Shown: one piece after another, positions 21,156 through 31,402 of the stretch
How positions within the stretch are numbered: the stretch's first letter is position 1
Layout: every line of letters starts with the position of its first letter
Assembly: GCA_963727485.1 (NCBI GenBank)
Contig: CAVSGM010000002.1
Coordinates: 1,664,001 to 1,728,000 of the forward strand
Direction of reading: 5' to 3'
From: an uncultured delta proteobacterium
Lineage (GTDB): Bacteria > Myxococcota > Myxococcia > SLRQ01
Length of the DNA stretch: 64,000 nucleotides
Made by a program: the position numbers and the translations under genes
The notes under the pieces: generated by a model
The model's input: the letters and a program-made list of their open reading frames with translations, nothing else
Database searches by the model: none
Told to the model about the DNA's origin: nothing

Positions 21156-23361
21156 GCTCGCGAGGCGCTTCCGAGCTGCTGCTGACGGTCCGTTTCCTCG
21201 ATGGCCGCTACCACGGTCAGCCGGAGTGGCCGCCGGCTCCCGCTCGACTGTTCCAGGCACTTGTGGCGGGTAGCGCGCGAGGTGGGCGACTGGAGCCGGA
21301 GGATGCAGCCGCCCTGGAATGGCTCGAGTGCTTGCCGCCGCCAGTCGTCGGGGCGCCGACCGCGTGGCCTGGCCGCTCGTTGAAGCTCTGGGTCCCGAAT
21401 AACGACCTTGACAGCAAGGGAGGGGATCCGGCGGACGTGTCGGACATTCGCACGGGCAAAACGGTGAGGCCGATGCTCTTCGATGCGTCGGTCCCGTTGC
21501 TGTACGCTTGGCGCTACGCGACCACCGATGAAGACGCGGCGGCGCGCGTCGCTAGCCTAGCGAGGGAACTTCATCAGCTCGGACGCGGTGTCGACAGCGC
21601 GTGGGCGGTCGCGCGGCGAATGCCACCTGACGATCTTGCGGCGTTGCTCGAGGATTACGAGGGACAGGTCGATCCGAGTTCTCCGGGTGCGGTCTCGAAA
21701 GGCAATGTACTAGCTGTCCTCGCCCCGGCTCGCTGGCGAGTGTGGACGCACGGTATTCCGCCTTCCTCGAACGCTTTCATTTCGAGGGTGATGGACAAGG
21801 CACGACCCAGGTATTTCGGCAACCTCCGAAGGCCATGTTCTCCTTGGTGGCGTACGATGCTCCACCAGCTCGGCTCTTGTTCGACCTGCGTAGGTCACCG
21901 GACACGACAGGCTACGCCGTCACCCCCTTGACGCGCGTGTCCAGGCTTGCCGAAGCGGTACGGGATGCCGTGGCTGCACGACTCAAGGAGGCCCTGCCTG
22001 ACGAGGAGACGGACATCGCGACGAGCCCTGGTCGGGCGCCGCATCGAGGGGCTTCCCCGGGTACCGTCCGAAGCACGGGTTCGCATCCTTCCACTTCCTC
22101 GAATCGGTCATGCCCATGCGGATCGCAGTGTTCGTCGAGTGCTCGTTGAGATACCGGCAGCGAGCCCAATCCGGCGGGACGACCTCGAACTGGGCATTTC
22201 AGGAGCCGAATTGCACGCGCCGGACGGATCGGATGCCATCCTGCTGCGCGCGGCGGACTGGAGCATGGCGCACCACTATGGCGTGGAGCCCCGTCCTGGA
22301 AGCGGCTCGCGTCTATGGCGGTCGATTTCTGCCGTTGCATTGCCCCCCGGGCGATGGCGGAGCGATCTGCGTGGTTGGACGCAGGACTCGGACCCGGCCG
22401 CACGGCGTGGCGAAGAGGAGGCTCGCGCCCGTCGTGCCGTCTCAGAGAATCTCAAGGCACGCGGGCGTCCGAGCGCGGCCAGCAAGGAATCCAGGTGCAA
22501 CGCGAGCCCTTTGAACCAGGAAAAGGGCGCCCGCGCTGAAGCCTTCGCGCTCGGCACGCGTTTCGCGAAGGAGCGGATGTGGCACGTCGAGGATCGCCTT
22601 CCACGACCCCGTAGCCGGACCACTGGTTATCGGAGACGGGCGTTCTCTCGGGCTCGGGCTCTTGAGGCCGTGTGATGATGGTGCCAGGGGCGTTGCTGTT
22701 TCGCGTACGCCATGGGCTGGCAGAGGGCGCCCCCGCCCTCGAAATAGCCCAGGCGTTGCGGCGTGCAGTGATGTCACGGTTCCAGCGAACAATCGGTGAG
22801 GCGCGGGACCTTCCGGCCTTCGTTAGCGGTCATGATGCGTCCGGCAGGCCGGCGGAGGACGTCCCCCATCTTTCCTTCGTCTTCGAGCCTCGAGGACGTC
22901 GCCTGATGGTCGTGGCACCACACATGGTCGAAAGACGCGGGCCCCATGGGGGTGAGCAGGGCAAACTGCGCACGCTCCGACGAGCGCTGGACGACTTCAC
23001 GCAACTGCTCGCGGGAAGGTATGGGAACCTTCAGCTCGACGAGGAAGGATACACCCTAGAAGGAGACCCACTTTTCGCACCAGCTCGCCGGTGGGCCTCG
23101 GCTACGCCCTATGTTGTCAACCGACACCGTGCTGCGGTGACAGCTAAGGCAGCGCTGGCCGCCGACCTTGAATTTGCCTGCCGTGATGCGGGTCTTCCGA
23201 AGCCGCACGTGGAGGTACTGGAAACCTGGGGGATGCCGGGCGTTGGTCTGGCCGGACGGGCGGAGCTTCTATTCAAGGTGGCCGTCTCCGGTCCCCTCCT
23301 TCTGGGCCGGTTGCGGTACAAGGGCGGGGGCCTCTTCGAGCATGCCGAGGCGTCAGCCTGA
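21152..23361 (+). CDS. csb2: Type I-G Csb2 (Cas5-Cas6 fusion), long form with two Cas6-like modules; frameshifted
   Basis: RYHGQPEWPPAPARLFQALVAG, WVPNND, LGRGVD; GPLVIGDGRSLGLGL at ~22615-22665; second G-loop GPLLLGRLRYKGGGLF at the end. Confidence 0.85.
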
Positions 23362-23609
23362 TCCCGGTGGGCCGGCCCTCTAAGGAGGCGCTCGCTCCGG
23401 GGAGGCGTACCAGGCCGTGATGTTGTCTGCAGCGAGGAGCTCTGGCTTGGCAATTGCCCTCGGTTACGGTGCGCACCTCAGTCTCGCTCTCTTCGTCCTA
23501 GACGACACTGTGTCCTGATCCGGCACGGCGGCAATTCAGGATCCTCCACGGGCCCAACCGACCGGCACGGGTAAGCCCGATGCGCCGACTCGGCGCCGAG
23601 GAGGATCCC

Positions 23610-25262
23610 ATGGCAGAGACGGAAGCGCCGGCCCTGGTGCCGGTTCGCATGCTCAACGAGTTCGCCTACTGCCCCCGGCTCTTCTACCTGGAGTGGGTGC
23701 AGGGGGAGTGGGCGGACAACCTGTTCACCGAGCACGGGCGGCTGACGCACCGGCGCGCCGACAAGCCGGGTGGCGAGGTGCCGGCGCCCGAGTCGGACAC
23801 GCCCTTCGTGGCGCGCTCGGTGTCGGCGGCGGCGCCGCGGATCGGGCTCACCACCAAGGTCGACGTGCTCGAGGGCGACGGCGGCGAGGTGGTGCCGGTG
23901 GAGTACAAGCGCGGCCGGCCGGCGCCGGTGCCCGAGCAGGTCTACGAGCCGGAGCGGGTGCAGGTGTGCGCCCAGGGGCTGGTGCTCCGGGAGAACGGGT
24001 ACCCGGTCACCCACGGCGAGATCTACTTCGCCCAGACCCGGGAGCGGGTCGAGGTGCCCTTCGACGAGGCGCTGGTGGCGCGGACCCTGGAGCTGCTCGA
24101 GGCGCTGCGACGGTGCGCCGATGAGGGAGAGATCCCGGGGCCCCTCGACGACAGCCCCAAGTGCATCGGGTGCTCGCTCAATGCGATCTGCCTTCCTGAC
24201 GAGGTGCACCTGCTCCAGGGCGGGGCCCCGGCGCAGCCCCGGCAGCTCACGCCGGCGCGCGACGACGCGCTGCCCCTCTACGTGCAGGAGCAGGGGGCGC
24301 GCGTCGGGATCGACGGAGACTGCCTGGCGGTACGGGATCGGGCCAAGCACAAGATCGCCGAGGCGCGGCTGCTGGAGACGTCCCAGGTCTGCGTCTACGG
24401 CAACGTGCAGGTGTCGACCCAGGCGCTGCGGAGGTTGGCGTCGGAGGGGATGCCGGTGTCGCTGTTCAGCTATGGCGGGTGGTTCTACGGCCGCCTGGTG
24501 GGCAACGGGCACAAGAACATCGAGGTCCGCCGGGCGCAGTTCCGGGCGGCGGACAGCACCGCGTGGTGCCTGCGCTTCGCGCGGCGCATCGTGCAGGCGA
24601 AGATCGCCAACAGCCGGACGATGATCCGTCGCAACCACCCGGAGCCACCGCGGCGGGTGCTCGACGGCCTGAAGGCCGCGCGTGACCTGGTGGACGGGGC
24701 GGAGAGCCTCGCCTCGCTCCTCGGGGTGGAGGGGACGGCGGCGCGGCTCTACTTCGGGGCGCTGCCGGGGGCGTTCAAGGGGGCGGGGCTGGCCTTCGAC
24801 TTCGAGGGGCGCAACCGGCGGCCGCCGGCGGACCCGGTGAACGCGCTCTTGTCCTTCGTCTACAGCCTGCTGGCCAAGGACTGGACGGTGACGCTGGCGG
24901 CGGTGGGGCTCGACCCGTACCTGGGCTTCTACCACCAGCCGCGCTACGGCCGGCCGGCGCTGGCGCTCGACCTGATGGAGGAGTTCCGCCCGATTGTCGC
25001 CGACTCCACGGTCCTGCAGGTGGTGAACAACGGAGTGGTCCGGGAGAAGGACTTCATCCGCAACGGGCTGGGCGTGGGGCTCAAGCCCGGGGCCCGCAAG
25101 CGGGTCATCGAGGCGTACGAGCGGCGGATGTCGCAGCTCGTGACCCACCCGGTGTTCGGCTACCGGGTGAGCTACCGGCGCATCCTCGAGGTGCAGGCGC
25201 GGTTGCTGTCGCGGCACCTGCTCGGCGAGATCCCCGAGTACCCACAGTTCGTGACGAGGTGA
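23610..25262 (+). CDS. cas1: Cas4-Cas1 fusion
   Basis: YCPRLFYLE, PVEYKRG, QVCAQ, CIGCSLNAIC (Cas4 Fe-S cysteines); GVEGTAARLYF, RRPPADPVNALLS, DLMEEFRP. Confidence 0.97.
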   Translation: MAETEAPALVPVRMLNEFAYCPRLFYLEWVQGEWADNLFTEHGRLTHRRADKPGGEVPAPESDTPFVARSVSAAAPRIGLTTKVDVLEGDGGEVVPVEYKRGRPAPVPEQVYEPERVQVCAQGLVLRENGYPVTHGEIYFAQTRERVEVPFDEALVARTLELLEALRRCADEGEIPGPLDDSPKCIGCSLNAICLPDEVHLLQGGAPAQPRQLTPARDDALPLYVQEQGARVGIDGDCLAVRDRAKHKIAEARLLETSQVCVYGNVQVSTQALRRLASEGMPVSLFSYGGWFYGRLVGNGHKNIEVRRAQFRAADSTAWCLRFARRIVQAKIANSRTMIRRNHPEPPRRVLDGLKAARDLVDGAESLASLLGVEGTAARLYFGALPGAFKGAGLAFDFEGRNRRPPADPVNALLSFVYSLLAKDWTVTLAAVGLDPYLGFYHQPRYGRPALALDLMEEFRPIVADSTVLQVVNNGVVREKDFIRNGLGVGLKPGARKRVIEAYERRMSQLVTHPVFGYRVSYRRILEVQARLLSRHLLGEIPEYPQFVTR

Positions 25263-25265
25263 GCG

Positions 25266-25556
25266 GTGCGTTCGGTCTACCTCGTGACCTACGACATCTC
25301 CGACCCCAAGCGGCTGCGGCGGGTGTTCAAGGTGATGCACGGCTTCGGACAGCACATCCAGCTCTCGGTGTTCCGGTGCACCTTGGGCGATCGGCAGCGG
25401 GTGCAGCTCGAGGCGGCCTTACTGGGCGAGATGAACCTCGAGGAGGACCAGGCGCTCATCGTGGATCTCGGGCCCGAGGCGGGGCGGGGCGCCAAGGCAA
25501 TCCACTCGGTGGGGCAGCACTACGAGCCCCCTGGTCGGGGACCACTCGTGCTATGA
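25266..25556 (+). CDS. cas2: Cas2
   Basis: YLVTYDISDPKRLRRV, HIQLSVFRC. Confidence 0.97.
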   Translation: MRSVYLVTYDISDPKRLRRVFKVMHGFGQHIQLSVFRCTLGDRQRVQLEAALLGEMNLEEDQALIVDLGPEAGRGAKAIHSVGQHYEPPGRGPLVL

Positions 25557-25783
25557 ATGCTTGGGTCTGTGGCAGGGGAATAGCGCGTCAGGCGGCGCGA
25601 GCGGTCCGGTGGTGGCAGTTTGCCGGGGACCGCTCGCGACCGCCAAGGTGCCGGACTTTGGGCTCCTCCGGCGCTGGTGCCCGGTGCCGGCCCGTCTCGC
25701 GAGCGCTCGGTACCGCTCGCCGCCGGCACCGCTCGAAAGGGCTGTCGTATCATTGCGGGATCGCAGGTAGAATCGCGAGAGCT
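25557..25783 (+). promoter_or_regulatory. CRISPR leader
   Basis: Between cas2 and first repeat; 12-bp inverted repeat CGCGAGCGGTCC (25596-25607) / GGACCGCTCGCG (25627-25638); three ACCGCTCG motifs. Confidence 0.7.
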
Positions 25784-28256
25784 GTCTCCCCGGCCATCAG
25801 GCTGGGGCTCCGTTGAAGCCGACGACGCCGGGGACGCCCGCGGACGGCGAGCGGCAGGTCTCCCCGGCCATCAGGCTGGGGCTCCGTTGAAGCCAGGCTG
25901 CCGGCCGGTGGCCTGCCGGCGCCGCGTAGCGGTCTCCCCGGCCATCAGGCTGGGGCTCCGTTGAAGCGCGCCGAGCTCGCGCGGCATGACGATCCGGTCG
26001 ACGGCGCGTCTCCCCGGCCATCAGGCTGGGGCTCCGTTGAAGCCTCGTCGACGCGGCGTCGAGCGCCGGCGTCGAGGCCGGGTCTCCCCGGCCATCAGGC
26101 TGGGGCTCCGTTGAAGCCGCGCACTCCACGGCTGCGGCTCGACGGCGCCCGACTGTCTCCCCGGCCATCAGGCTGGGGCTCCGTTGAAGCACGGTGACCT
26201 GGCGCCGGTACGCTCGGCCTGAGCGCGCGTCTCCCCGGCCATCAGGCTGGGGCTCCGTTGAAGCCGCACCGCGTCGACGGCGCCGACGCTCGGCGCTCTG
26301 CGTGTCTCCCCGGCCATCAGGCTGGGGCTCCGTTGAAGCCGACCGTACCGCCGGCGCGACCGTGCCGACGTCGCGGCGTCTCCCCGGCCATCAGGCTGGG
26401 GCTCCGTTGAAGCGTCCCAGTCGGCAGCCGCCTGCCACGGTGCATGGCTCGTCTCCCCGGCCATCAGGCTGGGGCTCCGTTGAAGCGCCGTGACCGCGGG
26501 GCCGTCGAGCTCGCCGATGCCGCGTCTCCCCGGCCATCAGGCTGGGGCTCCGTTGAAGCCTGAGCTGCGGCCCGACGCATCGAGGCCGCCGGCGCCGTGT
26601 CTCCCCGGCCATCAGGCTGGGGCTCCGTTGAAGCACGGGCTCCGGCGCGTCCGCGGTCGCTCGATGCCGCGCGTCTCCCCGGCCATCAGGCTGGGGCTCC
26701 GTTGAAGCACTCGGAGCGTCCGAGCGGCCGCTCGCGTCCACCGGCGGCGTCTCCCCGGCCATCAGGCTGGGGCTCCGTTGAAGCGGCCGACTCGAGCGAG
26801 GCGCACGGTCGATCCGGCGCGCGTCTCCCCGGCCATCAGGCTGGGGCTCCGTTGAAGCAGTCAGCCCGGACGCGGCACGCCGCGACCGCGGCTCGGTCTC
26901 CCCGGCCATCAGGCTGGGGCTCCGTTGAAGCACGCTAGCGGCCCGGCGTCGACGCCGCGGCGTCGGCGCGTCTCCCCGGCCATCAGGCTGGGGCTCCGTT
27001 GAAGCGCGCCGTGGCCTGCCGCGGACGGCCGTCGCCGACGGCCGCGTCTCCCCGGCCATCAGGCTGGGGCTCCGTTGAAGCGCAGCCGGCCGGTCGACGC
27101 CTGGACGCCGGTGCTCTCGTCTCCCCGGCCATCAGGCTGGGGCTCCGTTGAAGCCGACCGTCGACGGCCCGCTGCACGGCCCGCGAGCGCCTGCGTCTCC
27201 CCGGCCATCAGGCTGGGGCTCCGTTGAAGCGTGACGCTGTCAGCTCGGCCCGGCTGTGCGCGCCGCAGGTCTCCCCGGCCATCAGGCTGGGGCTCCGTTG
27301 AAGCACGGCGTGCGCGCGACGGTCGCCGACGCCGTGCCGCCGCGTCTCCCCGGCCATCAGGCTGGGGCTCCGTTGAAGCGCGCCAGACGCCCGGCTGGCG
27401 TGCGGCCGGCGCGGCGCGGTCTCCCCGGCCATCAGGCTGGGGCTCCGTTGAAGCCCGCCAGCCGCTGCGCTCGCAGCGCGGTCGACCGGTCTCCCCGGCC
27501 ATCAGGCTGGGGCTCCGTTGAAGCCCGCGAGCGCGTGCGGCTCGCCGCGAGGTCGACCGGTCTCCCCGGCCATCAGGCTGGGGCTCCGTTGAAGCAGCCG
27601 ACCGGCGCGTCGGCCGCGGCCATCGACGCGTCGTCTCCCCGGCCATCAGGCTGGGGCTCCGTTGAAGCGACCGCGACGCAGCCGCGAGCGCGTGCCTCGG
27701 CGTCGGCGTCTCCCCGGCCATCAGGCTGGGGCTCCGTTGAAGCGCGGCGACGCTCGGCGCGGTCGCCGGCGCGGCGGACGTCTCCCCGGCCATCAGGCTG
27801 GGGCTCCGTTGAAGCGCGCCGCAGCTGCGCCGCTCGGCTCGCGGCGCCGGCAGCGTCTCCCCGGCCATCAGGCTGGGGCTCCGTTGAAGCGCGCCCGGCG
27901 GCGCGCGAGCCGACGACGTCACGCGCGGTCTCCCCGGCCATCAGGCTGGGGCTCCGTTGAAGCGGCCCGCGCGGCGACCTCGGCGGTCCGGGCCGCGTCG
28001 CGTCTCCCCGGCCATCAGGCTGGGGCTCCGTTGAAGCGCGCCAGGGCCGACGCCCCATCCACGCATCGGCGCGTCTCCCCGGCCATCAGGCTGGGGCTCC
28101 GTTGAAGCTCGTTCACCGCACTTCACACCCTCGATGGAGATCTCGGGTCTCCCCGGCCATCAGGCTGGGGCTCCGTTGAAGCGACCTCGCCGAAGGCGGT
28201 CCTCCTCGGCGAACCCGGGTGTCTCCCCGGCCATCAGGCTGGGGCTCCGTTGAAGC
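25784..28256 (+). CRISPR. CRISPR array: 34 identical 36-bp repeats GTCTCCCCGGCCATCAGGCTGGGGCTCCGTTGAAGC, 33 spacers of 34-40 nt
   Basis: Counted directly; repeat has a CCCCGGCC-ATCA-GGCTGGGG hairpin and a TTGAAGC 3' end typical of I-G. Confidence 0.99.
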
Positions 28257-28343
28257 GGGTTGAGGCCGACCGCGAGCGCCGGAAGCATCCCAGCTTCCTG
28301 TCCAGTGTCCCCATCCGGCACGCCCACCGCGCATCCTGATCCC

Positions 28344-29084
28344 ATGGAAACCCGCAACGCGCCCATCCGCCCCGTCCTCTTCGGCCTCGTCGGTCCCCGG
28401 GATCACGGTCGCGTCCTCGATCTCCTCCACGCCGTCGCCGCCCCCGACCACATCGTGGACCAGGCTCGGCGCGAGCTCCCTGGTCGCTCGATCGTCGCCT
28501 GGGCACCAAGGTCCTCGGGTCACCTCCTCGGCGTCGCTCTCGTGGCCCGACGCGGGGACACCGCCACTCTCCATTACCTGGCGACCCTAGCGGAAGGTCC
28601 CGCTCCACTCGACCTGGCCCGGGCCGTGCCGCTCTGGAACCAGCCCGTCGATGGCATCCACACCCTGATCGCCACGCCAGCCATCTCCTCGGCCGACCTC
28701 GGCGCTCGGTGGCGACCTGACCCGCGAGGCCACGTCTACCGGTTCGAGCCGGCCGACCGGGCCGTGCCCTGCGCCATCTGCGGCGTACCGCGCATTCGAA
28801 GCGGCGACGCTCGACGGCACCCAGGCCTCGTCTGCGACGACTGCGACGCCCGCGCCGTCGACGCCTGGGGCCAGGCACCGGGCGTCCTTCCCGACGGCGC
28901 CCGCATCCTCGTCCTCATCGATGGCGTTCGCTGCATCCGCCATCGCCGCTTCGGCTACCGGGTCACAAGCCTCTGCGCGCCACCGCCGAAGCCGGCTGCG
29001 TCCACCCGAGAGGATCCACCCCCTCGCCCCAGAACCGATCCCGCGGCGACGCCTCCACCAGCCGCGCGTACCCCGTGGCCGTGA
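28344..29084 (+). CDS. Hypothetical protein with C-terminal Zn-ribbon-like domain
   Basis: CAIC...HPGLVCDDCDARAVD; same domain as 31112-31390. Confidence 0.6.
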   Translation: METRNAPIRPVLFGLVGPRDHGRVLDLLHAVAAPDHIVDQARRELPGRSIVAWAPRSSGHLLGVALVARRGDTATLHYLATLAEGPAPLDLARAVPLWNQPVDGIHTLIATPAISSADLGARWRPDPRGHVYRFEPADRAVPCAICGVPRIRSGDARRHPGLVCDDCDARAVDAWGQAPGVLPDGARILVLIDGVRCIRHRRFGYRVTSLCAPPPKPAASTREDPPPRPRTDPAATPPPAARTPWP

Positions 29085-29175
29085 GCCGCGTCGCCAGCAC
29101 CGGGTCGCTGAACTTCACCGCGAGCACCGCCCGCATCACGTCCACCCGGGTCACGTCCCAGTACCCCGGGCGCCT
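28963..29175 (-). pseudogene. C-terminal fragment of a NADAR (YbiA) family protein
   Basis: RRPGYWDVTRVDVMRAVLAVKFSDPVLATRLTATGYARLVEASPRDRFWGEG fits the NADAR W..VM..KF..L..TG...LVEASP.D..WG.G pattern; N-terminal half not found. Confidence 0.7.
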
Positions 29176-29290
29176 CCGTCGACCCCGTCGACCCCTGTTT
29201 GCAACGCTCGGAAGCTGAGCCACCCCCCGGCCCCCACACGGGAGCCAGGAGGGTGGACTCAGTCGCATCACGGCGTCGGTCGACCCGGCA

Positions 29291-29749
29291 CTACAGCGCG
29301 GCGAGCAGCCTGCCGATGGCAAGAAGGGCTGCCGCGCAGCCCACCAGGAGGATCAGCCCCGACACCACGCCAATCGGGTTGGGGCCTCTCGGGCCGCCCG
29401 GACCCCCGGCGGAGACGCCGGCCATGGTGCGGTAGGTCCTTGGCGCGGCGTAGGTGACGAGCCACCAGACCAGGGCCACCAGGACACCTGTCGCCTCCGG
29501 TCCAATGGTGGAGGGGTGTGGCGCGGCGCCGGAACGCAGCTGGAACACGGCGCAGCCCGCCTCCCAGAACAGCAGGGCCAGCCGGCTCCCCTGCGAGGTG
29601 CGCCAGTAGTCCTGGAGGATCGCCGTGATCACCTCGCCGAGGATGGTCACCGTGGCGGCGGACGCGCGGAAGCGCTCGAGGACGATGCGGCTGACCGACC
29701 TCCTGGTCCTGGCCGGAAGCGGGACGCCGCTCTGGGCGATGGCCGCCAT
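29291..29749 (-). CDS. Hypothetical membrane protein
   Basis: Several hydrophobic segments; TGATG overlap with upstream gene. Confidence 0.5.
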   Translation of the reverse strand: MAAIAQSGVPLPARTRRSVSRIVLERFRASAATVTILGEVITAILQDYWRTSQGSRLALLFWEAGCAVFQLRSGAAPHPSTIGPEATGVLVALVWWLVTYAAPRTYRTMAGVSAGGPGGPRGPNPIGVVSGLILLVGCAAALLAIGRLLAAL

Positions 29750-30603
29750 CAGTTGGTCAGGCGCGTCTCCTCCCACCGCGCCGACATCACCTCGTCCAAT
29801 CCGTTCAGCTCGCCGAGTGCGCGCTGGAGCAGCGCCTCCGGGCTCTGGTCCACCGCGATGGGGCGCACGGAACCGTCCCGGCTCACCGCCAGCCGCAGGT
29901 CCGCCCCGAGGATCACCTCGACGTCCCAGTAGCGGTCCCGCGCGACCTGACGGACCACGTCGACCAGGGCCTCGAGGCGCGGCGCCGTGAGCCAATCACC
30001 GGCGTCCGGGGTCGGGTCGGGCACCCGGGCGAGGGTCGAGGTGGTCGAGGCCAGCGGGTCCACGTCACCCGGCACGAAGGCGACCTCGACGAAGAAGCCC
30101 TGCGACCCGTCGTACACCGCCAGCAGCGGGAGCTCGTCGTCGAGCTCGCGCTCGAGAGAGCGGAAGACCCTGGGCCCCACGTGGTCCTCGAAGGGGCCCA
30201 CCTCGCTGCGCGTGCCCGTGAGCCGGTCGAGCATCGCCAGCTGGCCCTCGGCGTCCACGATCCACACCCAGCGACGATCGAGACGTGCGGCCAGGGACTC
30301 GACGTCGACCGACTCCAGGGGGACCACCACCGCCGCCTCGGCGCGCGACCAGTCCTGGAACACCACGTCCAAGCCCACCACCGGCAGGGGCACGGCGTCC
30401 CAGATCGCCTCGGGGAGCGGCGGCGGATCGACGTACCATCGCCACCGATCCTCGCGGCCGGGAAGGGCGGTGAGCTCGCCGTAGCCAACGATGGCGAACG
30501 GGACACCGCGGCGGACGTCATCGAGCAGCCGGGGCGAGATGAGAAAGGAGGCACCCCGGGCGTGGGCGGGTGCCACCGGACGAATGTCGAAGGGCAGTAT
30601 CAT
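29749..30603 (-). CDS. Hypothetical protein
   Basis: 284-aa ORF with normal composition, translationally coupled to next gene. Confidence 0.6.
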   Translation of the reverse strand: MILPFDIRPVAPAHARGASFLISPRLLDDVRRGVPFAIVGYGELTALPGREDRWRWYVDPPPLPEAIWDAVPLPVVGLDVVFQDWSRAEAAVVVPLESVDVESLAARLDRRWVWIVDAEGQLAMLDRLTGTRSEVGPFEDHVGPRVFRSLERELDDELPLLAVYDGSQGFFVEVAFVPGDVDPLASTTSTLARVPDPTPDAGDWLTAPRLEALVDVVRQVARDRYWDVEVILGADLRLAVSRDGSVRPIAVDQSPEALLQRALGELNGLDEVMSARWEETRLTN

Positions 30604-31111
30604 CAGATGCGACTCCAGAGTTCAGAGCGTGAGAGGGAAACATCCCGTTCACCGGACACACGACCCTCCGTGAGGTCGAGTGCCCGCCGCGTACCGCCCG
30701 GGGGTTACGCGGCCGTGCTCTGGTCTGGGCGCATCGTGGGGACCCAAGGGGTCCCCGGTGGGGGAAGGGCTCGGCGGCCACCCTGGCGGGCGGGAATGAG
30801 CTCTTCGGGGGCAGCGGGGATGTCCGACCGGCGCGTCATTGGTGCTCCATTGAACCTGGCTGGACCACCGTGCCTCGTCGGCCGGTTGGTGGGGTCACTC
30901 CCAGGTGAGTACCTCGACCCCGTCTCAATGGGACTCGCCTTCGTCCCGCGAGTGTCAGTGAATGTACGACATTTCCCTTCATGTGTCAAGATGAAAACCC
31001 GCCTCCGATACCCGGGGTGAACGCGGGTTTGGCGACGATGATAGGCTCGCCGGTGGCGATGTCGACCCCGGCGCCGCGCCACCCTGTCCCGATCTGTCAC
31101 ACCCGCGATCC

Positions 31112-31390
31112 ATGCTCGCGGTCGTGGCAGGCACGACCCATCCCCGGCGGCATCAGGGAGACCAGCCGGCCCGCTGCGCCATCTGCCGCCGCCGGGTCTC
31201 CCGGCGGTTCGCCCGCCAGTACCCGGGCCTCCTCTGCGCCGCCTGCGACGCCCGCGCCGTCGACCGCCGCCACCGGACGCCGGTGGTCCTCGACGACCAC
31301 GAGACCCAGACCGTCTTCGTCGACGGCCTCCGCTGCGCCCGCTACCACCTCTTCGGCGGCTGGGTGACCCTGCGCACCCACCGGCGGTAA
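31112..31390 (+). CDS. Small Zn-ribbon-like protein
   Basis: CAIC..YPGLLCAACDARAVD..FVDGLRC; paralogous to C-terminus of 28344-29084. Confidence 0.55.
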   Translation: MLAVVAGTTHPRRHQGDQPARCAICRRRVSRRFARQYPGLLCAACDARAVDRRHRTPVVLDDHETQTVFVDGLRCARYHLFGGWVTLRTHRR

Positions 31391-31402
31391 CCTCGCCGCC
31401 CC

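Noticed and set aside
25620..28366. ORFs across the CRISPR array
   Set aside because: Translations of repeats and spacers
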